39,138 nucleotides of DNA from Anaerolineales bacterium (GCA_020630225.1 JAHDBS010000004.1:1-39138), one strand, 5' to 3'; shown: positions 25,390 through 35,391, counted from the first letter of the stretch. The notes: generated from the letters alone by a model not told the origin. Program-made: numbers and translations.

Positions 25390-27444
25390 ATGCCTACTTT
25401 TCTACGTCATTTTTATACAGCACTGACAACAGTGCCTAATACAACTAGCGATGAAATCACAACAAAGGATTCGCAACGCTGGGCGCTTTTTACAGCGGTA
25501 GCTGCCAGTATTGGTCTGCTTTTGGCAGGCATTGTCCTAAGTGACCTAATTTGGGTTGGCCTTGGCTCGCTTTGTGCCTTAATGGGACTGATCATTTGGA
25601 GAAAGCAACGTATTTGGTATAGCTATCTGAATACGCTCGTAATCCCCCTCATCATTGCTTACCGCTGGAAAGAATATACCTTTGCTAGTTCACTAGAGTT
25701 CTCTGCTGCCATTGGGTGGCTTCTCATTTCTAACTACATTGCGGCCGCATGGCTCTCTTTCAAGCACAATGCACTTATCACACTGATTCAAATTTCAGGG
25801 ATTGTCATCTTGGGAGAGCTTAAGACTGACCCAAGCATCCCATTCGCAGAGCTCTACATCAATCCCATTTTGTTGTATTTGCTGGGGGCGATTCTCATCA
25901 CTGTCCCTGTGTTTAGCTATCGACGCGCGCGGATGGAATATGACTCAACCTATGATCGCTTGCGTGAAAGTGAACAAGACTATCGACGTCTATTCGAGCA
26001 ACTACCAATTGGGATTTATCGGTCCTCAGTTGATGGCAAGCAACTTCGTGCCAACCCCACCCTTGTCAAATTAAACGGATATGACACGGAAGCTGAAATG
26101 TTGCGTTCAGTCAATGACATTGCCAAAGAATGGTACATAGACCCAAAGCGACGCTCAGAATTCACAGCAGCCTTGGAGCAAGACGGCAAAGTCAGTGAAT
26201 TCGAATCAGAAATTTTCCGGCATAAAACCCGAGAACGCATATGGATTAATGAATCTGCCTATCAGGTTTATGACGCCGATGGAAATACCCGCTTCTATGA
26301 AGGCACAGTCAAAGAAATTACAGACCGTAAGATTGCGCAGCAAGAAGTTGTTGATATCGCAACACAGCTACGGTTAATTACCAATAATATTCCGGCTTGG
26401 ATTAGCCAAATTGATCGAAATTTCAATTTTGTTTTTGTCAATCAATTTTTTGAAACACGACTAGGTATAAAAGCAGAGGACCTGATTGGCAAACCAGTCT
26501 CGATTTGGTTTTCTGAACGCGAGTGGCGCTACTTAGAAAGGCGTTTTTCGCGCGCAATGAAAGGCGAAACTATTGAGATCGAAGGCATTTCAACCACGCC
26601 CACTGGAGAGCAAATTTATACAAAAAATACGCTCATTCCAAATATTCAAGACGGTGAAGTCGTAGGGTGTTTTTCGCTTGGCATTGACCTTACACATCAG
26701 CGCGAAATGGAAATGACATTGCAGCAAATGCGCAAAGTCGAAAGCTTAGGAATGGTTGCTGGCGGCGTTGCGCATGATTTTAACAATCTGTTGACCGGCA
26801 TTATGGCGCAATCTTCAGTCGTGGCTTATAAGTTAGGCGACTCACACAGCGCTTCAAAAAATATTTCACGTGTGCTAGAAACATCACGCGCTGCAGAAAG
26901 ACTTGTGAAGCAACTCTTAGCATATACAGGTGATGAATACCTTCAATTTGCTGAAGTTGATCTCAATGCACTAGTAGAAAAGACTCTGACGCTAATTGAC
27001 CATGAACAACTGCAAGGGTCCGAGATTACTATTCAGCTAACGGAACCACTACGCACAATCCGTGCAGACGCAAGCAAAGTCGAGCAAATCTTAGTCAATC
27101 TCATCATCAATGGCGTACAAGCTATCGATCATAAAAGTGGTGAAATCCACATCGTAACACGTGCAGAATACATTGAAGGAAGTGACCCCGAATATACGCG
27201 GCTTACAGGTGAGCCGCTAGAGTCCGGTAATTATTGTGTTGTCACCGTAAAAGACAACGGAAAAGGTATTGCGCAAGATGCAATTCTGCAAATTTTTGAC
27301 CCCTTTTACACTACAAAATTCTCTGGACATGGACTGGGACTAGCTGCCGTGCTCGGAAATGTGCGCGCACACCATGGTGGTATTAGCGTTAAGTCTACTG
27401 TTGGGCAAGGTACCTGCTTCAAACTGGCCTTCCCAACTTACTAA
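25390..27444 (+). CDS. Sensor histidine kinase: polytopic N-terminal membrane domain, two PAS domains, HisKA, HATPase_c
   Basis: 684-aa ORF. About 6 TM helices in residues 30-180. PAS-like blocks RLFEQLPIGIYRSS... and ITNNIPAWISQID.... H-box GGVAHDFNNLLTGI. N/G boxes LVNLIINGVQA, DNGKGI, GHGLGLAAV. Confidence 0.85.
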   Translation: MPTFLRHFYTALTTVPNTTSDEITTKDSQRWALFTAVAASIGLLLAGIVLSDLIWVGLGSLCALMGLIIWRKQRIWYSYLNTLVIPLIIAYRWKEYTFASSLEFSAAIGWLLISNYIAAAWLSFKHNALITLIQISGIVILGELKTDPSIPFAELYINPILLYLLGAILITVPVFSYRRARMEYDSTYDRLRESEQDYRRLFEQLPIGIYRSSVDGKQLRANPTLVKLNGYDTEAEMLRSVNDIAKEWYIDPKRRSEFTAALEQDGKVSEFESEIFRHKTRERIWINESAYQVYDADGNTRFYEGTVKEITDRKIAQQEVVDIATQLRLITNNIPAWISQIDRNFNFVFVNQFFETRLGIKAEDLIGKPVSIWFSEREWRYLERRFSRAMKGETIEIEGISTTPTGEQIYTKNTLIPNIQDGEVVGCFSLGIDLTHQREMEMTLQQMRKVESLGMVAGGVAHDFNNLLTGIMAQSSVVAYKLGDSHSASKNISRVLETSRAAERLVKQLLAYTGDEYLQFAEVDLNALVEKTLTLIDHEQLQGSEITIQLTEPLRTIRADASKVEQILVNLIINGVQAIDHKSGEIHIVTRAEYIEGSDPEYTRLTGEPLESGNYCVVTVKDNGKGIAQDAILQIFDPFYTTKFSGHGLGLAAVLGNVRAHHGGISVKSTVGQGTCFKLAFPTY

Positions 27445-27523
27445 TTTACTGCCCATAAAGTGGCCGAAATGACGCGCTTAAGTGAAGCCACGAATAAAGA
27501 AGAGAATACCCAATTAACTCTCA

Positions 27524-27543
27524 ACGTTTGAGCTCTCAAACGT
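27524..27543 (+). terminator. Weak hairpin after the first kinase gene
   Basis: ACGTTTG-AGCTCT-CAAACGT (7-bp stem) followed by CCTTTATCATTT, a poor U-tract. Confidence 0.3.
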
Positions 27544-27587
27544 CCTTTATCATTTAAGAGAGCAAAGACCCGTTTAGAGACTCTCAA

Positions 27588-29702
27588 ATGATCAACTTTA
27601 GTTACAAGATCGCTAATTTTTTACGCATCAAAGAATTAGACAACGCAGATGAAATGATGTTCATGCTGCGGATGTATATCACTTTGGCAGCTTTTCCGGC
27701 ATCACTGTTAATGTTTGGAATTGCAACGCTTGAGCAAGATCTTGCGCTATATGGCTATGCATTTATTGTCTTCGGGATTTTTGCATTTGGCCGCACAAAA
27801 TACTACCCCTATATGGCCTATGTCATCGGCGTTCTTGTGCCGGTTATGATGACCTACTATGCTGATCAGGATGTCCTCATTGGGCCACGCGATATTACTG
27901 GCTCTGTGATGTGGATGATCATCCCGATTTTCATTGCAGCTAGCTGGGTTTCTGCCAAAGGCACGCTAGCAGTAACGTTTATCCAGTTGGTTGGCATTTT
28001 CGTGTTTGTCTTCATTCGGGCATCAGACACACTTGAGATTACACCCGGGCTATTTATGCGCCCAGTTGGCTTCCTATTCTTAGGCGCGGCTGCCATCACG
28101 AGCCCTGTTTATGGCTATCGCAGCGTGCGCAAACGGCTTGAAACAGCACATGGTCAGCTTATCCAGAGTGACAAAGAGTTACGCCGTTTATTTGACAACC
28201 TTCCCATTGGGTTCTATCGCACCTCAGCACAAGGCTCCATCCTAAAAGCAAACCTTAGTGCTATCAAAATTACAGGGCACAACTCCGAAGCAGAGTTGAT
28301 GGCCGATATCCAAACCGTAGAAAGCCAATGGTATGTTGATCCCAATCGACGTAAAGATTTTGTTACGCAAATGCAAACGCAAGGGTTTGTGAGCAATTTC
28401 GAATCGCCAGTGTACCAAGGTGAGGACATCATCTGGGTAAGCGAATCGGCATATCCAGTTTACAAAGACAATGGCGAGCTTGATTACTATGAAGGCGCTA
28501 TTCAAGATATTACGAAGCGCAAGACTGCCGAAGCATCACTCAATCACACCCTAAGCCAGATGCAGCTCATTAATGACAATATTCCAGCTTGGATTGCTTA
28601 TGTAGATGCTGACTACAAATTCCAATTTGCAAACCGCTTCTTTGAAGACCGCATTGGTGTGCCACAAGGCTGGATGATTGGCAAGCACGTTCGCGAATTT
28701 GTCGGTGAAGAATATTGGCAAAAAGCACAACCACAAGTCAAACGTCTTTTTGATGGTGAACCCATTGTGTTAGAAATCCCCGGGAAAACGCAAAGCGGCG
28801 ACGACATTTTCACCAGAGTTACCCACGTGCCGCATATTGCGAGCAATGGTGAAATTCCAGGGTACTTTTTACTAGGATTAGATATTACCGACCAGCGTCA
28901 AGCCGAGCAAACCATTCGACAACTCCATAAAGTTGAAAGTTTAGGCATGGTCGCCGGTGGCGTTGCTCACGATTTCAACAATCTATTGACAGGCATTATG
29001 GCTCAGTCTTCCATTGCAGTGCGCAAATTAGGTGAAGGCCATCCTGTTGCAAAAAACGTTCAACGTGTTTTGAACGCTTCGCGCAGTGCAGAACGCTTGG
29101 TTAAACAACTACTCGCCTATTCTGGCGACGAACACCTGAACTGCAGTTCAGTCGAACTCAATGGTCTAATTGAAAAGAGCCTCCAGAACGTAAGCTTTTC
29201 AACTGGACAACTGATCAATGTTGAGACTGATCTTTCTAATCAGATCCCACGCATTTGGGCTGACGACACGAAAGTCGAACAGATCATGATCAACCTCATT
29301 ACTAACAGTGCCCAAGCCATTGAAGAAACACACGGATTAATCAAAATCTCTACTGAGTTAGAGTACATTGCCGCTGGGGATAGTGCCTACGCCCGCTTGA
29401 CTGGTGAAGCTTTAGCCGCTGGCGAATACGTCGTTTTGACAGTCTCAGACAATGGCTGTGGCATTTCAAAAGACAAGCTGCTCCAAATCTTTGACCCATT
29501 CTTCACAACAAAATTCTCTGGTCATGGACTGGGCCTTGCTGCTGTTCTGGGCACCATGCGTGCCCACTATGGTGGCATTAATGTCACGTCGACTGTTGAC
29601 GTTGGCACCACTTTCTCTCTCGTTTTTCCTGTCAACCACCCTTTCGCTATTGATCAACATTTAGCGCCTGCTGAAGATCGCATTTTGGCTGTTGAAGCCT
29701 AA
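27588..29702 (+). CDS. Sensor histidine kinase, paralog of the preceding gene (same architecture)
   Basis: 704-aa ORF. Same motif order as the preceding gene (RLFDNLPIGFYRTS, INDNIPAWIAYVD, GGVAHDFNNLLTGI, DNGCGI, GHGLGLAAV). The kinase core is roughly 70% identical by eye and the N-terminal membrane domain much less. Confidence 0.85.
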   Translation: MINFSYKIANFLRIKELDNADEMMFMLRMYITLAAFPASLLMFGIATLEQDLALYGYAFIVFGIFAFGRTKYYPYMAYVIGVLVPVMMTYYADQDVLIGPRDITGSVMWMIIPIFIAASWVSAKGTLAVTFIQLVGIFVFVFIRASDTLEITPGLFMRPVGFLFLGAAAITSPVYGYRSVRKRLETAHGQLIQSDKELRRLFDNLPIGFYRTSAQGSILKANLSAIKITGHNSEAELMADIQTVESQWYVDPNRRKDFVTQMQTQGFVSNFESPVYQGEDIIWVSESAYPVYKDNGELDYYEGAIQDITKRKTAEASLNHTLSQMQLINDNIPAWIAYVDADYKFQFANRFFEDRIGVPQGWMIGKHVREFVGEEYWQKAQPQVKRLFDGEPIVLEIPGKTQSGDDIFTRVTHVPHIASNGEIPGYFLLGLDITDQRQAEQTIRQLHKVESLGMVAGGVAHDFNNLLTGIMAQSSIAVRKLGEGHPVAKNVQRVLNASRSAERLVKQLLAYSGDEHLNCSSVELNGLIEKSLQNVSFSTGQLINVETDLSNQIPRIWADDTKVEQIMINLITNSAQAIEETHGLIKISTELEYIAAGDSAYARLTGEALAAGEYVVLTVSDNGCGISKDKLLQIFDPFFTTKFSGHGLGLAAVLGTMRAHYGGINVTSTVDVGTTFSLVFPVNHPFAIDQHLAPAEDRILAVEA

Positions 29703-29725
29703 CTTTTGACGATTTCCTTAACGTA

Positions 29726-29758
29726 ATTGGCAACAATATTGAATTGATGTTGCCCAAT
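29726..29758 (+). terminator. Hairpin after the second kinase gene (possible terminator)
   Basis: ATTGGCAACA-12 nt-TGTTGCC(C)AAT, a 10-bp stem with one bulge. Only a weak T-rich tail. Confidence 0.3.
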
Positions 29759-29991
29759 GACAATTTTCGTGCCAGACGACAACTTAAGCTCAATAATTCC
29801 TAAAGACGCTTTGGTAAAAGTCCGTTTACTCTTATACTAGAAATTAACTTTACAGGCGAGGGTACATAGCGCCGTTGGTTCGTTTCTCAATTTGCTTACG
29901 AAATTTGATACAACTCCACGTTAATGAAATCAAACCATATTCAAACAAAGGGTATGGGTAAGCGTATTGGAAACTTTGGAACGTATTGACA

Positions 29992-30834
29992 ATGATTAAG
30001 GAAATTGGGAAAACTGCCATACTAGGGATTGTGTGTTGCTTGGCAGTTGTTATGTTAACTGGGTTCAACACAACAAGTGTTGATTTTGTAACAAATTATG
30101 CTGAGAATGCGGGCTTCGAAAGAGGCTACTATCAGCACAACAACATCGCTGAAGTCACCGTACCAAACAAATGGAACATCTGGTACGCAGAAGAAGACAC
30201 CCCAAAAGTCTACAAACAAGATGATCCCTGGCGGAAGCCTGAAACCGTTGTTTGGAACGGCACCTATCACCCTGAACCAGAACGCTCACTGTTTTGGCAA
30301 GATGGCAACTACACTTTCAAAGCATTTGGTGCTTGGAAGCCGATCTGGGTCAAATTATGGCAAAACAACGACAATGTTGTTGCAGGTCAACGTTACCGCT
30401 TCACTGTACCTGTCTATCCTGATCTCGTTGAAAGTTATGCTTGGGATGGCCGAAAAATTGTTTCAAAAGATCCAAGCTCAGGCGAACACCGTCTTATTGT
30501 GAGCGAAAATGGCCGCGTCATTGCTGACACTGGCTATATGAATGGTAATGAAGTTCCCTTCATGCAATGGACTGACTTGGAACTTGAATTTGTCCCTCAA
30601 ACAGATAGTGTTCGCATACAAATTGAGTTTCGCGGCAAATGGGGGCTCATCAACAATGGCTGGTTTATTGATGGCATCAAGTTGAAAGCAATCCCTAATT
30701 TGCCAACAGAAACGCCAACCATAACACCTACGCCAACCCGCACACCTACCCCAACGGCAACACCTGAAGGCAGCAAGCAGTTGGACATGCAGCAAACTTT
30801 TATTCCAATTATTGACACTTACTCACGCCGCTAA
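29992..30834 (+). CDS. Secreted or membrane-anchored beta-sandwich (CBM-like) protein ending in a Pro/Thr linker
   Basis: ATG two codons inside track ORF 29986. Signal anchor TAILGIVCCLAVVMLTGF. CBM4/9-like start NAGFERGYY... The linker PTETPTITPTPTRTPTPTATPEG is followed by only about 20 residues. Confidence 0.55.
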   Translation: MIKEIGKTAILGIVCCLAVVMLTGFNTTSVDFVTNYAENAGFERGYYQHNNIAEVTVPNKWNIWYAEEDTPKVYKQDDPWRKPETVVWNGTYHPEPERSLFWQDGNYTFKAFGAWKPIWVKLWQNNDNVVAGQRYRFTVPVYPDLVESYAWDGRKIVSKDPSSGEHRLIVSENGRVIADTGYMNGNEVPFMQWTDLELEFVPQTDSVRIQIEFRGKWGLINNGWFIDGIKLKAIPNLPTETPTITPTPTRTPTPTATPEGSKQLDMQQTFIPIIDTYSRR

Positions 30835-30915
30835 CGAACAAACCAAACGGTTACAAAAGTTAAGAGTTCGCTAAAATCATGACGCAGAGCGTCAAAACTT
30901 TGGCATAATGTAAAT

Positions 30916-31602
30916 GTGAAAATTCGAGAACGTGTTGCGAGTGAAACTTCTGACTATGTTGTGCTTCTGCATGGCTTCAATGACACGCATAGACACATGC
31001 TGTTATTTGAAAAGCGGCTCAACAGTCAGGGATATCACGTCCTCAACATTGATTACCCCTCACATCAACTAACCATTGAGCGTACGGCGCAAGAAGTTGC
31101 GGCCATTCTTGACCAGAAAATTGACCGCACAAGACCAGTTCATTTTGTGACGCATTCAATGGGCGGCGTTGTAACGCGCTGTTTGCTAGAGCGTCATCCG
31201 CAACCAAATTTAGGCCGTGTTGTCATGATGAGCCCCCCACACCATGGGTCAGAGTGGGCCGATCTGGCTAGCAAAATCAACATTCCAGACCAGCTTCGCA
31301 GTAAGCCACTCAAAGAAATTCGGACATCACCAGACAGCTTTGTACATCAGCTGGGTGAAATCGATTATGAACTTGGCATTATTGGCGCAAACCGCCATTT
31401 TGGAACGCTGACATCACCTGTGTTTTCTGGCGAAAACGATGGTGTCGTTTCAATTGATAGTATGAAGGTCAACGGAATGAAAGACTTCATCGTGCTGCGC
31501 AAATTGCATGTCACCATGGTTTTTAGTCCCAAAGTAATTAAGCAAACCACCCACTTCCTACAGCACGGACAGTTTGATCATCCTACTGCGGCGATGCTGT
31601 AG
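30916..31602 (+). CDS. Alpha/beta hydrolase fold protein (lipase/esterase-like)
   Basis: 228-aa ORF, GTG start. YVVLLHGF oxyanion region and nucleophile elbow THSMGG. TGGCATAAT lies 6 nt upstream of the GTG. Confidence 0.75.
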   Translation: MKIRERVASETSDYVVLLHGFNDTHRHMLLFEKRLNSQGYHVLNIDYPSHQLTIERTAQEVAAILDQKIDRTRPVHFVTHSMGGVVTRCLLERHPQPNLGRVVMMSPPHHGSEWADLASKINIPDQLRSKPLKEIRTSPDSFVHQLGEIDYELGIIGANRHFGTLTSPVFSGENDGVVSIDSMKVNGMKDFIVLRKLHVTMVFSPKVIKQTTHFLQHGQFDHPTAAML

Positions 31603-32497
31603 CAAAGGTGTGGACTAGTGCCGAGACAGTCTGAAAACTGACTGCAACGGACTCCTCAATTTGCGGTGCATAACCGCCACCCATTGTGACCACCATTGGC
31701 AATTGACGCTGTTGGCACATCCGAATCACCATTTCATCCCGTGCCGCTAAGCCATCCATAGACAAAGAGAGCTTCCCTAAGCGATCATTTTCATAAGGAT
31801 CAGCACCAGCAATCCACAAGACGATATGTGGTGAAAACTCTGCAAATACTTGATTTAAACCACCCTGCAATGCGCCAAGGTAGGCCATATCTCCAGTGCC
31901 GGTGGGTAAGCCAATATCTAAATTGCTTGGCACCTTTCGAAAGGGAAAGTTTTTCTCACCGTGAATGGAGAAGGTGTAAATAGTCGAGTCGTTTTGGGTA
32001 ATCGCCGCCGTGCCGTTTCCTTGATGCACGTCTGTGTCAATCACGAGTACATTGCGCACACGTCCTTCTGCCTGCAACGCTCTAGCTGCAATGACACTGT
32101 CATTGAAAACGCAAAATCCACCGCCTTTCTCAGCAGAAGCGTGATGCGTGCCGCTTGCTAAGCTAACGCCTACACCATCATCCAAGGCTGAGAACGCCGC
32201 CGCAACGGTCGCTCCAGCTGAACGCCGTGCGCGCTCAACGTATGCCAACGACCAAGGTAGACCAATTTCACGTACTTCACGGTCTGTCAGCTTACCAGTC
32301 CGAAAACGCTCTACATATCCAGCGCTATGCGCACGTAGCAGTTCTTCATCCGTGACGGCTGGCGCTGGTAGCAGTTCAAAGTCATATTGCGGCTGCAATT
32401 GCATGACGCGTTCGCGCAGCAAACGGTACTTCTCATATGGAAAGCGGTGATTGTCTGGCAATGGGTAATGCCACTTGTCACTGTAAAAAATCTTCAC
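31583..32497 (-). CDS. Histone deacetylase-family (AcuC/acetylpolyamine amidohydrolase-like) zinc deacetylase
   Basis: 304-aa ORF, GTG start. Motifs SGTHHA, VIDTDVHQGNGT, GGGY. The 3' end overlaps the convergent hydrolase gene by 20 nt. Confidence 0.85.
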   Translation of the reverse strand: MKIFYSDKWHYPLPDNHRFPYEKYRLLRERVMQLQPQYDFELLPAPAVTDEELLRAHSAGYVERFRTGKLTDREVREIGLPWSLAYVERARRSAGATVAAAFSALDDGVGVSLASGTHHASAEKGGGFCVFNDSVIAARALQAEGRVRNVLVIDTDVHQGNGTAAITQNDSTIYTFSIHGEKNFPFRKVPSNLDIGLPTGTGDMAYLGALQGGLNQVFAEFSPHIVLWIAGADPYENDRLGKLSLSMDGLAARDEMVIRMCQQRQLPMVVTMGGGYAPQIEESVAVSFQTVSALVHTFATASPQ

Positions 32498-32617
32498 AAA
32501 TCAGGTCTTTGACGGGCTAAGCGTTGCCCAAACGGCAGTTCAAATCAATGGCAATTTCAGCATCGACGTCTAAAATTGTATCCAGTTTCATTAACGCAAC
32601 CAAATCGAGATTTCCCT

Positions 32618-33130
32618 ATGCCTGCAGCAGACCAAGGTGTCAAGAAAAGTAAAAATCGTTACAGCCTAATTCCGCGCACGTTGAATTTCATTACGCACGG
32701 TGATGACATTTTGATGATCAAAGGTGCCCCCAACAAAAAGCTGTGGGCCAATAAATACAACGGCGTTGGCGGACACGTAGAAGCCCGTGAGGACATTGCA
32801 TCCAGCGCTAAGCGTGAAATCCTAGAAGAGACAGGCCTAACTGTTACAAATCCTGAGCTTTGCGGCGTTGTCAATATCTCAACTGGCGAGCAACAAGGCA
32901 TTGTGATGTTTGTGTTTCGCGCAGCAGCAGCAACGCGGGAAGTCATTGCGTCAGATGAAGGCGGGCTCGAATGGATCCCCATTGCAGACATTGCTTCTTA
33001 TCCGTTAGTTGAAGACTTACAAACCATCGTCCCTAAAGCTCTCGAAGCAGACCGCCCAACCCGTCCGTTTTCAGCGTTATATACCTACAATGATGCTGAT
33101 GAGCTCGTCATCACCTTTGGAGTTGAGTAG
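32618..33130 (+). CDS. NUDIX hydrolase
   Basis: Nudix box GGHVEAREDIASSAKREILEETGL. Start uncertain: ATG 32618 is preferred over TTG 32576 from the track. Confidence 0.8.
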   Translation: MPAADQGVKKSKNRYSLIPRTLNFITHGDDILMIKGAPNKKLWANKYNGVGGHVEAREDIASSAKREILEETGLTVTNPELCGVVNISTGEQQGIVMFVFRAAAATREVIASDEGGLEWIPIADIASYPLVEDLQTIVPKALEADRPTRPFSALYTYNDADELVITFGVE

Positions 33131-33180
33131 GCATCGGCGCAGTTTACCCATTCCTCGTTAGTTCTGACGCTACAGACGCA

Positions 33181-35391
33181 ATGCAATGCGGCCCTAAAGC
33201 CGCTACCCTCGCACAGCTTCGCCAACATCGGTTTAACGTTCCAGCGGGATTTGTTATCCCTTGGACGCAAGTTAGCCAAATTGACACGACTGTCTTGGCA
33301 AATTCATTTGACCGTCTGACACCACCTGTTGCAGTTCGGTCAAGCGCCTTAGGAGAAGATTCAGCTGACGCCTCCTTTGCGGGCATTCAAGAAACCGTTC
33401 TTCACGTAAACACTTTCACAGAGCTCCAGCAAGCCATTAAGACTGTCGTCACAGCAGCAGCCTCTGACCGAGCACAGTTTTATCAAGCCGATATTGCCCC
33501 ACAAATAGCCGTCTTAGTTCAAGAGCAAGTTGCAGCTACCGTTGCTGGAGCTGGGTTTACCAAAAATCCACAAACAGGCGCTGATGAACTGCTAATCGAA
33601 GCGATTGCTGGCATTGGCGATGCACTTATGTCTGGTACAACAACGCCACAACAGTGGCGCTTCAACGCAGATCTAGTCGCCATCACGACACCAGTAGAGC
33701 CGTTACTAACAACAAAAGAGCTGCAACGCTTACTCGTTTTACTACAGACAATTGCAATGCATCTGGGCTCACCCCAAGACATTGAATGGGCTTGGGATGG
33801 AAAGCAGTTCAGGGTCTTACAGTCCCGCCCTATTACGACTAGCGGCAATTGGTTTACCAACACACATCCAAATGACAACCAACTCTGGACAAGCGCGTTT
33901 CTCAATGAGCGGCTAACCCAACCCGTGTCGCCGCTAGGCTGGACATTAGTCGCACGGCACTTAGAAACGCTGGCGTTTAGCGCCCCGCTGCGCTTGTTAA
34001 ATGCTAGCTTCTCACCCAACACGCCTTTACTGAAACTCTATCGGGGGCACCCATACAGTCGGGTTGCGGCATGGGGACGCATTTATAAACTCTTCCCCAA
34101 TTGGCTTTTACCCGCCGACGCCAGTCGTTTTTTCCCCAATAACGATGCCGCATTACGCTACGAAGAACCTGTTCCAAAATTAAGGCTCTCCTTACTGGGT
34201 AACGCAATAACCACATTACGTGAAAATTTTGGCGCGGCATCCCCGCTGCATAACCCGCGGCATTGGCAACGTTTTACAACGCAATTAGAGAAAGACTTAG
34301 CGCACCTTCAAGAGCAATGGCAGCAAGACCAGTCTCTTGAAATAATTCATCATCTGGTCAAAGAAACGGATGCGCTCACTGCGGAACTTTTGGAGTATCA
34401 CCGCTGGAGTTTGTTATATGCAGATGTCTTTTGGGGCCTAGCCAACGCCTTAGGCGGCACAAAGCACCTCCAAGCGCCAGCAACCATCACCGCGCAGCTC
34501 AATCACGACCTCATTGCGCTTGCCAACGCATTAGATGGCTCACGATTGTCCATGCAAGACGATGTTGCGCTGGATGCTTTTCTTGCTAAGTATGGGCATC
34601 GTTTTTATTCACTGGATATTTTTGACCCCAACTGGGCGGCTGACCGTGCTGGATTTCGCCAACTACTAAAAACCCTACGTGGCAGCACTAGTCCTCAGAA
34701 ATCGTCTAAACAACCTTGGCGTCCAATTCTGCGGCTTACTTATCGCTACTTACAACTGCGAGAAGACCAACGCTTTCACTGGCAAAAAATAATGGCGTTT
34801 CAGCGCACCTTGTTTGTCTGGTTAGGCGACTACTTGCAAACCCAAGGTGTTCTAGAAGAAGCTAAGCATGTTTTCGGTCTAACATGGGAAGACATTCAGC
34901 GGATACTCGCAACGGACGCACCTTCACCAGCTTTAGGAAAGGTGGCAGCTACCCGTTATTTACAATTGCAGCAATTGCGCCAAGAATACAAACTGGCACC
35001 TAGTCAACACTATCCAGACGTTTTACGTGGCAACACGCCACAAACGCTAAAGACACATCAATTATCAGGTCGCGGCGTCAGTAATGGCTTAGTCCAAGGG
35101 CCAGCACGCATCATTCAACATCCCAGCGACTTCTCACGCTTGAATGAAGGTGATATTCTAATAACGGAAAGCCCTGACCCTGGCTGGACACCCGTTTTCA
35201 ATCGAATTGCAGGCCTAGTAACTGCACGTGGCGGACAGCTCTCTCATGGAGCCGTCTTAGCCCGCGAATATGGGCTACCAGCGGTGTTTGGTGTTCCTAA
35301 TGTCACGCAGCAATTACAAGAGCATGACATCATTCGCATCGATGGCACCACAGGGCAAATAACACGCGTATCAACATCTAAGACCGCATGA
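33181..35391 (+). CDS. PEP-utilising-enzyme family protein: N-terminal PPDK_N ATP-grasp, about 400-aa unknown middle domain, C-terminal phosphohistidine swivel domain (rifampin-phosphotransferase-like architecture)
   Basis: 736-aa ORF. N-terminus GPKAATLAQL...VPAGFVI...VAVRSSALGEDSADASFAGIQETVL...DIEWAWDGKQFRVLQSRPIT. C-terminus GDILITESPDPGWTPVFNRIAGLVTARGGQLSHGAVLAREYGLPAV. No PEP/pyruvate TIM-barrel domain. Confidence 0.8.
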   Translation: MQCGPKAATLAQLRQHRFNVPAGFVIPWTQVSQIDTTVLANSFDRLTPPVAVRSSALGEDSADASFAGIQETVLHVNTFTELQQAIKTVVTAAASDRAQFYQADIAPQIAVLVQEQVAATVAGAGFTKNPQTGADELLIEAIAGIGDALMSGTTTPQQWRFNADLVAITTPVEPLLTTKELQRLLVLLQTIAMHLGSPQDIEWAWDGKQFRVLQSRPITTSGNWFTNTHPNDNQLWTSAFLNERLTQPVSPLGWTLVARHLETLAFSAPLRLLNASFSPNTPLLKLYRGHPYSRVAAWGRIYKLFPNWLLPADASRFFPNNDAALRYEEPVPKLRLSLLGNAITTLRENFGAASPLHNPRHWQRFTTQLEKDLAHLQEQWQQDQSLEIIHHLVKETDALTAELLEYHRWSLLYADVFWGLANALGGTKHLQAPATITAQLNHDLIALANALDGSRLSMQDDVALDAFLAKYGHRFYSLDIFDPNWAADRAGFRQLLKTLRGSTSPQKSSKQPWRPILRLTYRYLQLREDQRFHWQKIMAFQRTLFVWLGDYLQTQGVLEEAKHVFGLTWEDIQRILATDAPSPALGKVAATRYLQLQQLRQEYKLAPSQHYPDVLRGNTPQTLKTHQLSGRGVSNGLVQGPARIIQHPSDFSRLNEGDILITESPDPGWTPVFNRIAGLVTARGGQLSHGAVLAREYGLPAVFGVPNVTQQLQEHDIIRIDGTTGQITRVSTSKTA

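Noticed and set aside
25390-29702. The two histidine kinase genes as a recent tandem duplication or assembly artefact
   Set aside because: The nucleotide sequences differ throughout, mostly at synonymous positions in the kinase core. The N-terminal domains are strongly diverged, so this is an ancient duplication.
30700-30770. Repetitive ACNCC/ACGCC stretch, and a similar one at 37085-37200, as a tandem DNA repeat or array
   Set aside because: Both lie in-frame inside long ORFs and encode Pro/Thr(-Asp) inter-domain linkers. The periodicity is codon-level low complexity, not a non-coding repeat or CRISPR.
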